Shown here piece by piece: positions 1-11,229 of a stretch of DNA of 64,000 bases. Where the stretch lies: assembly GCA_012295275.1 (NCBI GenBank), contig CM022678.1, positions 1,674,001 through 1,738,000 on the forward strand, read 5' to 3'. This stretch comes from Chrysomallon squamiferum (Eukaryota > Animalia > Mollusca). The notes beneath the pieces were generated by a model, which saw nothing but the letters and a program-made list of their open reading frames with translations, did no database searches and had not been told where the DNA came from. The stretch's first letter is position 1; each line of letters starts with the position of its first letter. Position numbers and translations under genes: made by a program.

Positions 1-29
1 GAAATCACAATTCAGATTAGAGGATTCAA

Positions 30-789
30 GTAAAGAGGATGAAGGAGGTGTTATATATTTATCAGTGTAAGGGTAGATCCACACTGTTGTAAAGAGGATG
101 AAGGGGGTGTTATATATTTATCAATGTAAGGGTAGATCCACACTGTTGTAAAGAGGATGAAGGGGGTGTTATATATTTATCAGTGTAAGGGTAGGTCCAC
201 ACTGTTGTAAAGAGGATGAAGGGGGTGTTATATATTTATCAATGTAAGGGCAGATCCACACTGTTGTAAAGAGGATGAAGGGGGTGTTATATATTTATCA
301 GTGTAAGGGCAGATCCACTGTTGTAAAGAGGATGAAGGGGGTGTTATATATTTATCAATGTAAGGGCAGATCCAGTTGTAAAGAGGATGAAGGGGATGTT
401 ATACATTTATCAATGTAAGGGCAGATCCACTGTTGTAAAGAGGATGAAGGGGATGTTATATATTTATCAATGCAAGGGCAGATCCACACTGTTGTAAAGA
501 GGATGAAGGGGGTGTTATATATTTATCGATGTAAGGGCAGATCCACACTGTTGTAAAGAGGATGAAGGGGGTGTTATATATTTATCAATGTAAGGGTAGG
601 TTCACACTGTTGTAAAGAGGATGAAGGGGGTGTTATATATTCATCAATGTAAGGGTAGGTTCACTGTTGTAAAGAGGATGGAGGGGGTGTTATATATTTA
701 TCAATGTAAGGGAAGGTCCACACTGTTGTAAAGAGGATGAAGGGGGTGTTATATATTTGTCAAAATAGGGCAGGTCCACAGTGTTGTAA
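30..789. repeat. 59-bp minisatellite, ~13 copies
   Basis: Unit gtaaagaggatgaagggggtgttatatatttatcaatgtaagggyagatccacactgtt; some copies 2-4 bp shorter. Confidence 0.95.
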
Positions 790-1543
790 GAAAAAGATGA
801 TGTTATTCATTTAAAACACTTATAAGGAGGAAGAAGGGGCTGTTAGTTAGTTATGTAAGTATGAAATTAAGGGTAGTTTCACATTTAATGATAAGCATTA
901 GGAATACAGTTTGTTAATTACTGAAAAAAATAAAAAAATAAAAAAAATAAAATAAAATAAAAAAAATAAAATAATAATAAAATAAAAATAATAATAAAAA
1001 AAATAATAATAACAAAATGATAATAATAATAATAAAATGATGATGATGATAAAAAAATAATAATAAGAAGAAAGTCTTTAAATAAATGACCAACTGGAAT
1101 CACCTACAAATTCAAACACCACCCAGTCAGTTCTAGATCTGCCTTGAACCAGAACAAAAACAATTACCGGCAGCTATAAAACAAAAGAAAAAAAAAACAA
1201 CACCTACAACAACTACACAGACTATTCATAGTGTGTAACAGAAGCTGATACCACATCCTGCTCTGCCTGGAAATCTCGAGTGCAAACAATTAGAATTCTT
1301 CCACTGCTGCGGAAACCAGAACACTGCTAACTCCCAAGTCGCAATTGTTGGTCATAAACAATAAAAACAATAAGAATAATATTGACAGATTTTTTCAAAC
1401 AGTGGCCCTGTTCAGTGGTGTGACTTGAACCGGCGAACTCAAAGAGGTATTGTGTGAAAAAACAAAGCGAGGTTGTAGTAGTTGTAGCTTAGGTGAAGTG
1501 ACGTTTGACAAAGAAAAGATTAGCGTGACGTTAAAAATTACGT

Positions 1544-1586
<43 letters not shown>

Positions 1587-1715
1587 GCAGTTCTTGATTG
1601 TGTTGTGTTTTTTGAATAATAATATTTATTGAATATATCAAGTAATAATGGTAATGATAATAATAATAATAATATTAATAATAATGTTGATAATAATATT
1701 AATAATAAAAATAAA

Positions 1716-1752
<37 letters not shown>

Positions 1753-2702
1753 GCCATTAATTATAACATTAATAACAACAGTATTAATAATAATGGTTGT
1801 AAATGCAGTAGTTGTGGTAGTAGGACTAGTAACAGAAGTACCAGTGGTGGTGGTGGTGATGGTGGTATTCACAATGTGGTAAAGAAAAAAAAAATTCATT
1901 CTTGATTTTATTAATTTTATCATCATGATCATCTTCATCATCATCAAGCAATGATATATTCCAGCATGTATGAAATAACTATTTTAACAGAAATGTCTTT
2001 AATTGTTTTTTTCAGATATTTTCTGATTATATACAGAAAAAACATTCGTTACTAAGTGAACTGAATGGATATTACTGTCTATGGTTTGTAAAATATGAAA
2101 TTATAAGATACATTCAAGGAAGATACTACCAGTGATACTACACAGAAAGATGACACAGACATGGATACTGTACTCAATGTTTTAATCTTATCTACAAATC
2201 TGTGTGCAGTCACTGATTACCAAAACCACATTAGATGACGAACACACCAATTATTTATACAAAACATTTAAAATTAAATTTCTTTACTGTGTGATTTTAA
2301 AATTTATAAAAAATTTTCTATTCTCATTTCACATTATCTGATGGCTAAAAAGGAATATTCTCAGTAGAAATAATATTGTCTGTATTTACAAAATGCTTCG
2401 AGAAAATTAGCATTACTTCAGTTTTGTTTCAAGAAAAGATTTTAAATAAAACAAAAGTGATTAAAATGACAGAATGTGAAATAATCATTATTTTTATATA
2501 AATAATAGTTATTTCACAACAAAAACAAATAGTAACAACAGTAATGACAGTATTAAATGAATGAATAAATGATGGAATAAATAATTAAATAATAATAAAA
2601 AAACATTAAATATAATTAAAAATAATAGTAACAGTAAAAACAAACAAAAATAATAATAATATAATAAATTAACAATAATTAACTTAAATAAAATTTTAAA
2701 CA

Positions 2703-4103
2703 ATGAATAATAACACATCCACCATTTTTCCTTCAACGTCCAATAACATCGCAGTAACTCAGGAGCAGATTGTAACGGCCGTTGTGATTGGCTCGTTGTT
2801 GCTAACGCTGGTTGTCATGAACATTGTGATGTTTGTTGTGTACAAGATGGCTGCCAGTTCCCAGACAAGAACAAAGAAGAAAAGTGTTGGCAACGTCTTA
2901 CTTCTGCAGATGAATCCTGCGACGTCAGTGCTGATGACGAGAAACAGCATCGTCGACTACAGTCAAAGTTTCAACGAGGTTTATAGAAAACTCGATGTTG
3001 ATAAGGTCACTGCTGAAATGCATTCTGGGAAACAGGAAGAAGGAAAACAAGCAAACAGAGAGAATGTTTCCAATGAAAATTTTAACCTGAGGAAAGAACA
3101 TGTATCCGAAAGGTCACCCAGGTTTAAGGTCAACTCAAAAAGGTCATCCAATGTCAAGGTCATTTCATCAGAAAGTTTACCCAGTGTTAAGGTCGGTCCT
3201 TTGGAAAGGACACCAAAGGTTAATTCTACTGAAAGGATATATACTGTCAAGGTCAACTCAACAGAAATGTCACCCAGTGTCAAGGTCAGTACCTCAAGCA
3301 GACGCAATCTTTATGACATGCGAACCCAGTCAAACTCGTCCTTCGAGGTTGAAGCAGAGATTGAGATTCGGAGGAATAACAGTGTGATTTTGGTGAAAGA
3401 AAAGTCAGATTCAAACAATGAGGATAAAACTAAAGAAAGTGCTTCTTTAAAAGAGGGAAATTATTCCACTAATATTAGTGAAAGAAAAGACTCTGAAAGT
3501 AAAATTAAAGAAAACAATAAACCTGAGAATCTCTGTGAACGGAACAAAACTGTCACTTCAGTAGAAAATGCTGCATCTTCAGGAAAAAGAAAAAGTGAAG
3601 TTAAAAGCGTTTGTGAAAATGATGCCAGCCTCCAGTTACGGAAGGAAAAAGAAAATGTGAGTGATTTTAAAAACAGCAGTGGTCTTTCGTTAGTCAGAGA
3701 AACACACAAGTGTCAGACTCTTTCTGATGATTTCTCTCAAAGTGATGGACAAAGATCTCATACAGTTTCTGACCAAACCGACCAACACAAATCTAAAACT
3801 GACCACCACAAACCTCAAACTGACCAAACTGACCACAAGAAGTGTGACACTGAAGAAGACGGGTGTGACATGAGGAGACACACATGTGAGACAGTTTCAG
3901 AGACGGAGGGACAGTTCTCTGGGTGTGTGAGTGACTCTGACTTTGACAATGACTCCACCAGTGACCTGCAGTTCATAGAGGACATGAGAAACATGTGTGA
4001 CCAGGCACAACTTTCAGTAGCCGAGTTCCAGAACGAATCCTTCGAACAGACAGACACACAGACACTCTCAGACCTCGAATCTCTACAAGATATTGAACTG
4101 TGA
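2703..4103 (+). CDS. Uncharacterised 466-aa single-pass membrane protein (type III-like), intronless CDS, nested antisense in a KIF13 intron
   Basis: 1401-nt non-microsatellite ORF, clearly more GC-rich than its flanks; acaATG context; short N-terminus with N-x-T/S sequons; hydrophobic segment IVTAVVIGSLLLTLVVMNIVMFVVY followed by basic RTKKK; long S/E/K-rich tail; AATAAA at 4272. Confidence 0.8.
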   Translation: MNNNTSTIFPSTSNNIAVTQEQIVTAVVIGSLLLTLVVMNIVMFVVYKMAASSQTRTKKKSVGNVLLLQMNPATSVLMTRNSIVDYSQSFNEVYRKLDVDKVTAEMHSGKQEEGKQANRENVSNENFNLRKEHVSERSPRFKVNSKRSSNVKVISSESLPSVKVGPLERTPKVNSTERIYTVKVNSTEMSPSVKVSTSSRRNLYDMRTQSNSSFEVEAEIEIRRNNSVILVKEKSDSNNEDKTKESASLKEGNYSTNISERKDSESKIKENNKPENLCERNKTVTSVENAASSGKRKSEVKSVCENDASLQLRKEKENVSDFKNSSGLSLVRETHKCQTLSDDFSQSDGQRSHTVSDQTDQHKSKTDHHKPQTDQTDHKKCDTEEDGCDMRRHTCETVSETEGQFSGCVSDSDFDNDSTSDLQFIEDMRNMCDQAQLSVAEFQNESFEQTDTQTLSDLESLQDIEL

Positions 4104-4271
4104 TCTTAGATATGTTCTGTGTTGTAGTGTAAACACACACACACACACACAAACACACCCTATCTACATATACACATACACATAAATATACATGCACACA
4201 CACACACAAACTCATTATATAACACACACATAAAAAAATGTGTTATCACACACACATTCAGACAGTGTATG

Positions 4272-4277
4272 AATAAA
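4272..4277 (+). terminator. Candidate polyadenylation signal of the 2703-4103 gene
   Basis: First AATAAA after the stop codon; weak evidence in AT-rich DNA. Confidence 0.35.
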
Positions 4278-4487
4278 TGGATTTGTAAAATTCAAGATAT
4301 GGTGATCTGTAAAAAAATTAAAAAGAACACTTTTACTGTATTATTCTTACATAAATGATTTTTTTTTTTTTTTTTTTTATTAAATGTAGATTGGAATATT
4401 TAAAATATTTATTAAGTCTAAATAAAAATTCCTACTGTCATTTATTTTCATGTGAATAATTTTAACTTCAATGTAGTTTGAATAATG

Positions 4488-4539
<52 letters not shown>

Positions 4540-4627
4540 CATGTATGTGTATTTTATAAACTATTTAATTTTTATAAAGATTAATTATTTTTTTAGTATA
4601 CTATTATTACTATTTTACTATGATTAC

Positions 4628-4684
<57 letters not shown>

Positions 4685-5060
4685 ATTTCCACTTTAAAAC
4701 ATTTTATTAAAATGTTAGTCCCGACTGTAATAAACTGCATCCTCTTTCTATTTCCAGTGACGTTTTGTTATTCCTTACAACTTACATTTCCCAAACTTCC
4801 TTTTTACTAAAACCTGACTACTCCCATTTTCAAACAACATTCCTAACTGAAACTCTACCCTCACTGGGCAACCAACCAGCCCATTAAACAATCTGAAATC
4901 TAAAAACTTCTTTTTATTTCACCGCCTTACACAGGCTTACATAACCAGAACCATCTCTTTCTCAGTGGCTAATCCTGCTTTCATCTGGACATAAATCCAC
5001 TCTGCTAATAAAAGTGGTGATAAATACTCCCATCTGTTACAGTGTTGACAAGTCAGAGCC

Positions 5061-5142
5061 TTAGGTAAACACTCTTAAACACCAAGAGTGAGTTAGATCA
5101 GTGCTGATGACGTGTCATAAAATATATATATATATATATATC

Positions 5143-5174
<32 letters not shown>

Positions 5175-5310
5175 TGTGTGTGTGTGTGGGCACGTGTTAG
5201 GTAAACACTCTTAAACACCGAGAGTGAGTTAGATCAGTGCTGATGACGTGTCATAAAATATATATATATATATATATCTCTTTGTGTGTGGGGTGTGTGT
5301 GTACTAGGTA
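5061..5310. repeat. Tandem duplication (~136-bp unit: ~62-bp unique cassette plus (TA)n(TG)n)
   Basis: ttaggtaaacactcttaaacaccRagagtgagttagatcagtgctgatgacgtgtcataaaa at 5061 and 5197. Confidence 0.9.
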
Positions 5311-5463
5311 AAATATAATATATTCACTGTGTAGCATATGATAAACTACATGATATAACATCTTATATATATATATAAATGTATGTATGTATGTATGTAT
5401 GTATGTATGTATGTACATACATATTTATATGTATATGTGCATATGAGTGTGTGTGTGAGTTTG

Positions 5464-5505
<42 letters not shown>

Positions 5506-6976
5506 TAGAACTAAATAAGTGTAGATAAAATATTGTATATATTTTCAGTATACATGATATAAAAACAGGTAACATTTCAGAGAGAGAGAGAGAGAGAGAG
5601 AGACATCTGAATGAAAATTACAGGACATGAAGATATAATTTACTGTTACTTCATTTTCTGATTTAACCCATTTATTTATTTTTTTTTTTTAAATATTTAA
5701 ATATTAATAACACAAAAAAGGTTTCCTTGAACTAAAACACCAGCATATATTTTTGGATAAAAACTAATTTGAAAATGATCTGTTTGAACAAACAGTGCTA
5801 TCAATAAAACTGTACATAAATAACAATCTTCTTAACACACACACACACACCTGTCAACAAACACTTTATTAATATTCATTTCATAATCCTAACTTTACTT
5901 ATATTGTATTGGAATACTTTCTTATCTAAATCCTTAATCCTCCAGGATTAAAGTTAAACTAAATATTAAGTTATGAAACATGGGGATGAATAAAGAAAAG
6001 AAAAGATAAGAATACTAAAAACATGTAAAATTTTGAATTTCGTATCAGAAAGTAGAACAGCTGGAAATATTTTGTGTGAAAATAATTTTGTGTGGAAAAA
6101 GAATATATTTTGTGCAAACTGCTGCTAAAAAGTGGACTTTCTGTGTTTGTTATTTCAAAGGAAAAAAAAAGAGCTACATTTGATGGAAATCTCTATAAAT
6201 TAGAAAAAACCTGTAATCTGTGTTAATTACTGCTGAAAGGTGTATATTCAGTCGTAATTATTTAAGAAAAAACTGAAAAACAAAGTGAAGGAAGCTGTTG
6301 TGTTAATTATTTGAAAAAAATATAAATGTTTTATTAGTTATTCCAAAGGAAACTGCAGTATTTTGTAGAAATTATTTGAATGAAAAAATAAAAACAAAGT
6401 AATAAAAAAACTTGTATTCTTTGAAGATCAACAAAGTTATAATTTGTAGAAATTATTTACAAATGGAAAATGAGAATTTTTGTTTATATTAGTGGAAAGT
6501 AAAATGTATATTCTGTGGATATTATATGAGAAGAAAAACCTTGCATAGTGGATATTATTTAAAAAAATAATAATAATAATAAAAAAACTCTTAAGGATAT
6601 ATTATTTCAAAGACAAATTACAGGGGGTGGAGATTAACTTTTTATTTTCCAGTAAACAGACAATAATAAGTAAGTAAGTAAGTAAGTAAATAAGTAAATA
6701 CTAATTATAATATTATATAAATAATTATAATCATAATATTAAGTTATAAAATTATAAAATTAAGTGAATTAAGAAGACGAGAAACAACTGGAGGAAAATA
6801 TAAGAAAACTCTTTCATAATCAAACAAAACCTAAAGATAATTTAAAAAAAAAAAAAAAAAAAACACAAAAAAAAGAGAAAAAACAAGAACAACAACCCAA
6901 CTTATCAAGAAAAATATATATATTAAAAAACTTTACAAAAAAATAAAAAAATAAAATTACTGTTGGAAAAACCATC

Positions 6977-8733
6977 ATGGCTGTCACATACAAGAGAATA
7001 TCATCAGTGACGTTGCTGTGGGTGTTACTTCAACATGCTACCACACAGACACGCAGTCAGTGTCTACCCGTGTGCTCTGTGTGTGACAAAGCCGGGGGAG
7101 CCGATGTTGTCAGAGTCGTCTGTACTGAACTGTGTCCCAACGTCGTCCCACCGACAGCCACAGACGTCACACTGACCAACGGAAAGTGTCTGGTCATCGC
7201 CAAGTACGGACTGCTGAACCGATTCTTCGCCAGGATGACTCTAGTCGAGACTCTGGTTCTTCAGAACTACCAGATTTCCAAGTTCTACCAGCCTCCGTTC
7301 ATCCACAACTCCAGACTCAGACATCTCAGTCTGGCGATGAACAAACTGCAGACGTTCAACCCGGACTCTTTCAACGGTCTGGCTCAGCTGGAGGACCTCA
7401 ACCTCGAGCAGAACGAAATCACAGTCCTGTCTGACCAAGGATTCCTGCCTCTACAAGGGTTGAAGAGTCTCAGACTTTCTGGTAACAGCATTGTCAGAGT
7501 CACACAGAAAGCCTTCAACGGTCTTCAGAGCCTGCAGCGTCTTGACCTCAGTGCAAACAAGATCACAGAGATTGATAGAAACTCGTTCCAGCAGGTGAGA
7601 TCCCTCGTTGAGGTGAATCTCACTCACAATCAGATCGTTCACATTCTGCCAGACACTTTTGCTCATCTGACGAATCTCAGAGTTTTGGATCTTTCTCGGA
7701 ATCAGGTGAATCAGATCGGTGATTCAGCTTTTGCTGGGACGTCAATGGACGTGCTAGACTTGTCTGAAAACCGCCTCACCTCAGTTCCGTCTGCCTGCCT
7801 GAAAGTCTGTGTCGCTGCTCCCAGGACTCTGAGACTCAGTGAAAACTCTGTCACTGGACTCAGCCTGCAGACTTCTCTGGACTCACTGTAACCAGTCTGA
7901 GTCTTGACAACAACAAACTGACAAGCGGGGTGGCTGCGAATTCGTTCAGCGGAAGTCACATTTCTCAGATTGATTTCACCAACACGGGAATAACATCACT
8001 GCCGATGTCCATGGCGATGATGGTGTTGAGCTCCAAGACAAAACTGCAGCTTGCTATGAATGACAACTGGAACTGTGACTGTTCTCAGATTTGGCTGTCC
8101 AAGTATTTAAGTAAAGACACAGCAGCTGGACCTATGTGTATGAACCCAGTGATGTACATTGGAAGAAGACTTAAAGATTCAAGTGTTGACATGGAAATTG
8201 ACTGCAAAACAACTACTACTACAACCTCAACTACAACAACAACCACACCAACTACTACTACAACAACAACCACTCCAACAACTACAACCACAACACCAAC
8301 TACTACAACCACCACTCCAACAACTACACCTACAACTCCAACAACCACCACAACCACAACTACACCAACAACTACTACTACTTCTACAGCAACATCCAGC
8401 ACATCATCATCAACCACTTCAACAACTACCAAGACTACAACAACATCCACTCAGTCTACCACAACCACAACAACTCCATCACCAACAACGACTACTACAA
8501 CAACAACAACTACAACAACACCAGAGACAATAGCAGAGCTGATTCCAGACAGCAAGATCAAGCTGATTCCTTACATAGCTTTGGGATGCTGTAGTTTTAT
8601 TCTTCTAACTGGGATGTTCACGATGTGCATGATATGTACAGCCAATAAACAGCAAAACAATGACAATGATGGTGATGATGATGGTGATGATGATGGTGAT
8701 GATGATGATGATGATGATGGTGGTGAGGGATGA
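6977..8733 (+). CDS. Leucine-rich repeat type I membrane protein (signal peptide, LRRNT, ~12 LRRs, LRRCT, Thr-rich stalk, TM, acidic tail), about 585 aa, with a frameshift at ~7860; intronless CDS, nested antisense in a KIF13 intron
   Basis: ORFs 6977-7891 and 7930-8733 join if one base is added at 7859-7861 (...SENSVTGL/QPADFSGLTVTSLSLDNNKL...). Repeats fit LxxLxLxxNxLxxlxxxxFxxL; LRRCT WNCDC...PMCMNP...GRRL...C; Thr stalk 8209-8520; TM ~8563-8637; atcATGG context; AATAAA at 9059. Confidence 0.88.
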
Positions 8734-8906
8734 AGAAAGTATTGACAGTGGTTGATATATGTATGTATCACTTTGAGACTGTTTTGTTGTATTTAGTACG
8801 TACATATTTGGTCAAAAATATAATTCACACATTCACATACACATATATAAAATATATTTATTTTTACACCCACACACTTAAAATAACTTAAACAAACTGT
8901 GTATTC

Positions 8907-8949
<43 letters not shown>

Positions 8950-9058
8950 AGACACAGACACAACACACACACACACACACACACACAAAGCATCCTAAAT
9001 GAAATCACTTTATCTCAACAACTGTAAAATGTCCATGTTCAGTACTGAATACTTGACA

Positions 9059-9064
9059 AATAAA
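9059..9064 (+). terminator. Candidate polyadenylation signal of the LRR gene
   Basis: First AATAAA after the stop codon; weak evidence in AT-rich DNA. Confidence 0.35.
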
Positions 9065-9647
9065 AATTAATTATCAACTTCAGTGACTCAGTCTCTGTAT
9101 TCACATTCAGAAATATAAACAATTTGTGTCTAAAAAAATATACAATTTCTTTGAATACAAACTCATATTCAAATTTACATGATACAAACAAAACACATAC
9201 AAATCAATAATTCACAGTGAAATAGACACATAAATGCTCAAGTTTAAATAGTTGTTATTATTATAGATATTAATAAAATATTTCTTTCTTTCCAAAAAAA
9301 ATTAAATGTTTGTTAATACAAGAAAAATATTTGGGATCTAGAATACTATTTTCAGTTATAAAGACATTTTATATATTTCTAAAAAATTAACATGCTATAC
9401 TGGAAACAAATAATAATAATTTGAAATACTGTGATAAAATAAACCAGTAGATGACAGAAAATAAAAACACTGAACATTCACACACTTTCATTATTCACAA
9501 CATAACAACAGCAAGAATGGATAACAGTGAGCTCAGTCTTTGTAGCAGTTTTCTAGTATTTATTCCACATGGCTAGATGTGTGCATCATTACAATGTTAA
9601 CTACAGTTGACTCCAGCCTTTGTACTAAATTTACATTGTTAACTGGA

Positions 9648-9848
9648 GAAGACTAGAAGTGCTCAGTCTGTGTATATTATTTACAGTGATAACTGCAGTT
9701 AAGGCATGTTGTAATGGTTGAAGACTAGAAGTGCTCAGTCTGTGTGTTATTTACAGTGATAACTGCAGTTAAGGCATGTTGTGCTCAGTCTGTGTATGTT
9801 ATTTACAGTGATAACTGCAGTTAAGGCATGTTGTGCTCAGTCTGTGTG
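9648..9848. repeat. Short tandem repeat of 53-73 bp, ~3.3 copies
   Basis: gtgctcagtctgtgt...ttatttacagtgataactgcagttaaggcatgttgt repeated. Confidence 0.9.
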
Positions 9849-9888
9849 GACATTTTACAATGGTGACTAGAAATACACTTACACTAAC

Positions 9889-10023
9889 TCCTGACGCAAT
9901 GTCGACGAGGGTCTGAGTGAGGATGATGTTGAAGACGGCGTGGGAGCGACTGCTCTCACTGTTCATGTTGGTAGCAGCTACAGTGCGAGATTTGTTACCT
10001 TCACTCATCAGCGTCTCAATATC
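9889..10023 (-). CDS. KIF13: KIF13-like exon, 135 nt (141 nt if the second donor at 9883 is used): [45 protein letters not shown](VS)
   Basis: (gtt)n gcag|GAT; switch I NxxSSRSH; two in-frame donors, gttagt and gtaagt, 6 nt apart. Confidence 0.95.
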
Positions 10024-10585
10024 CTGCAACAACAACAACAACAACAACATTTATAATAATATTTATAATAATATAAAAAAGTATTTATAATAATATTAAT
10101 AATACAAAAGTAATATTTATAATAATAATAATACTAAAAAATAATATTTATAATGATAATGATAATAATAATAATAAAAATAATATTTATAATAACAATA
10201 ATAATTACTATTACTACTATTGCTTCTTCCACTATATCTACAACTGCTACTACTATTACCAATGTACCATCACAATTACTACTACTACTATCATGTTACT
10301 TCCATTACTACAACAACAGCTGCTACTACAACTATTAGTATATAACTACTAACAGTAACACAATGATATAAACATTTTTTATTACTCCCACCAGAAATAT
10401 ACAATTTCAATTAATAATAAACAAATAAATAAATGAAAGTATTTTTAAAAAAAACAAAGAATAAAGTGAGAAAAGGAAAAGAAAAATAACTGATTTTGAG
10501 AAATATCTTCATTTATTAAAACATACAAAGAAAAAAAATCAAATTAAATTAAAAAAAAAAAAATAATAATATTTTTCTAACTCAC

Positions 10586-10673
10586 CTCAAAAGAACTGAC
10601 AACCAAGGTAGACAACCCATCGACATATGGTCCAAGAATATTGTGTTCTCGCACTTTCAAATTCTGTTTGTTT
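10586..10673 (-). CDS. KIF13: KIF13-like exon, 88 nt: NKQNLKVREHNILGPYVDGLSTLVVSSFE
   Basis: cttacag|A ... GAG|gtgagt; LKVREHxxLGPYVDGLS kinesin-3 motif; in frame on both sides. Confidence 0.95.
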
Positions 10674-11229
10674 CTGTAAGTTAAAATAAATTTTAATAAT
10701 AATAATAACAACAAAATATCAGTAACAATAAAAGTAATATAAATAAAAAATATTGTAGTAATTCTTTAGTTAAATTAAAAATACTGGGTTTTTTTTTGTT
10801 GTTGTTGTTTTTAAAAAGGAATTATATATTATTTATCAGTCAGCAAATTTGAATAACAATAACAATAATACAGATAAAAATACTGTAAAATGTTAGTAGT
10901 TAAATTTAATTATATCTTCTTTCAAAAGTTATTATGGGTCATTGAGTTTAAACAGTTGCAAAATCTAAGTAATATTTTCTCACCTTTTAGTATTTTTACA
11001 CATACAGTAATTATGTCTAACACATTTCTCTCTCAAAGTAACTAGAATTATCTCCCTTTTCATAATTCTTACATCACCTGTTATCTAATCCTGCTTTTCC
11101 TATTATCATTATCACTTACTTCACAAATTAAATTATTATATTCATTTATTTTCACATATGTATCTAACAATATCCTACAAACTCTATATTTTTTAAAATA
11201 GAAATAAAATGAAATAAAAGTGCACTGAC

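Noticed and set aside
30-789. Regular repeat arrays (also 26228-26578, 40768-41537, 44681-45358) as CRISPR-like arrays
   Set aside because: Units are head-to-tail with no unique spacers, there are no cas genes, and the context is a eukaryotic intron; these are minisatellites.
2925-5112. 15-nt match tcagtgctgatgacg between the 466-aa CDS and the duplicated cassette at ~5098
   Set aside because: A 15-mer match is about what chance gives in a 64-kb self-comparison, and it does not extend.
7850-7900. Programmed -1 ribosomal frameshift or tiny intron in the LRR gene
   Set aside because: No slippery heptamer; the LRR pattern is continuous across the site, leaving no room for an intron; nearby short-run indels favour sequence error or mutation.
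7132-8533. Alternative-frame and antisense ORFs over the LRR gene (poly-Q/L, poly-V)
   Set aside because: Shadows of the real LRR and Thr-stalk coding sequence.
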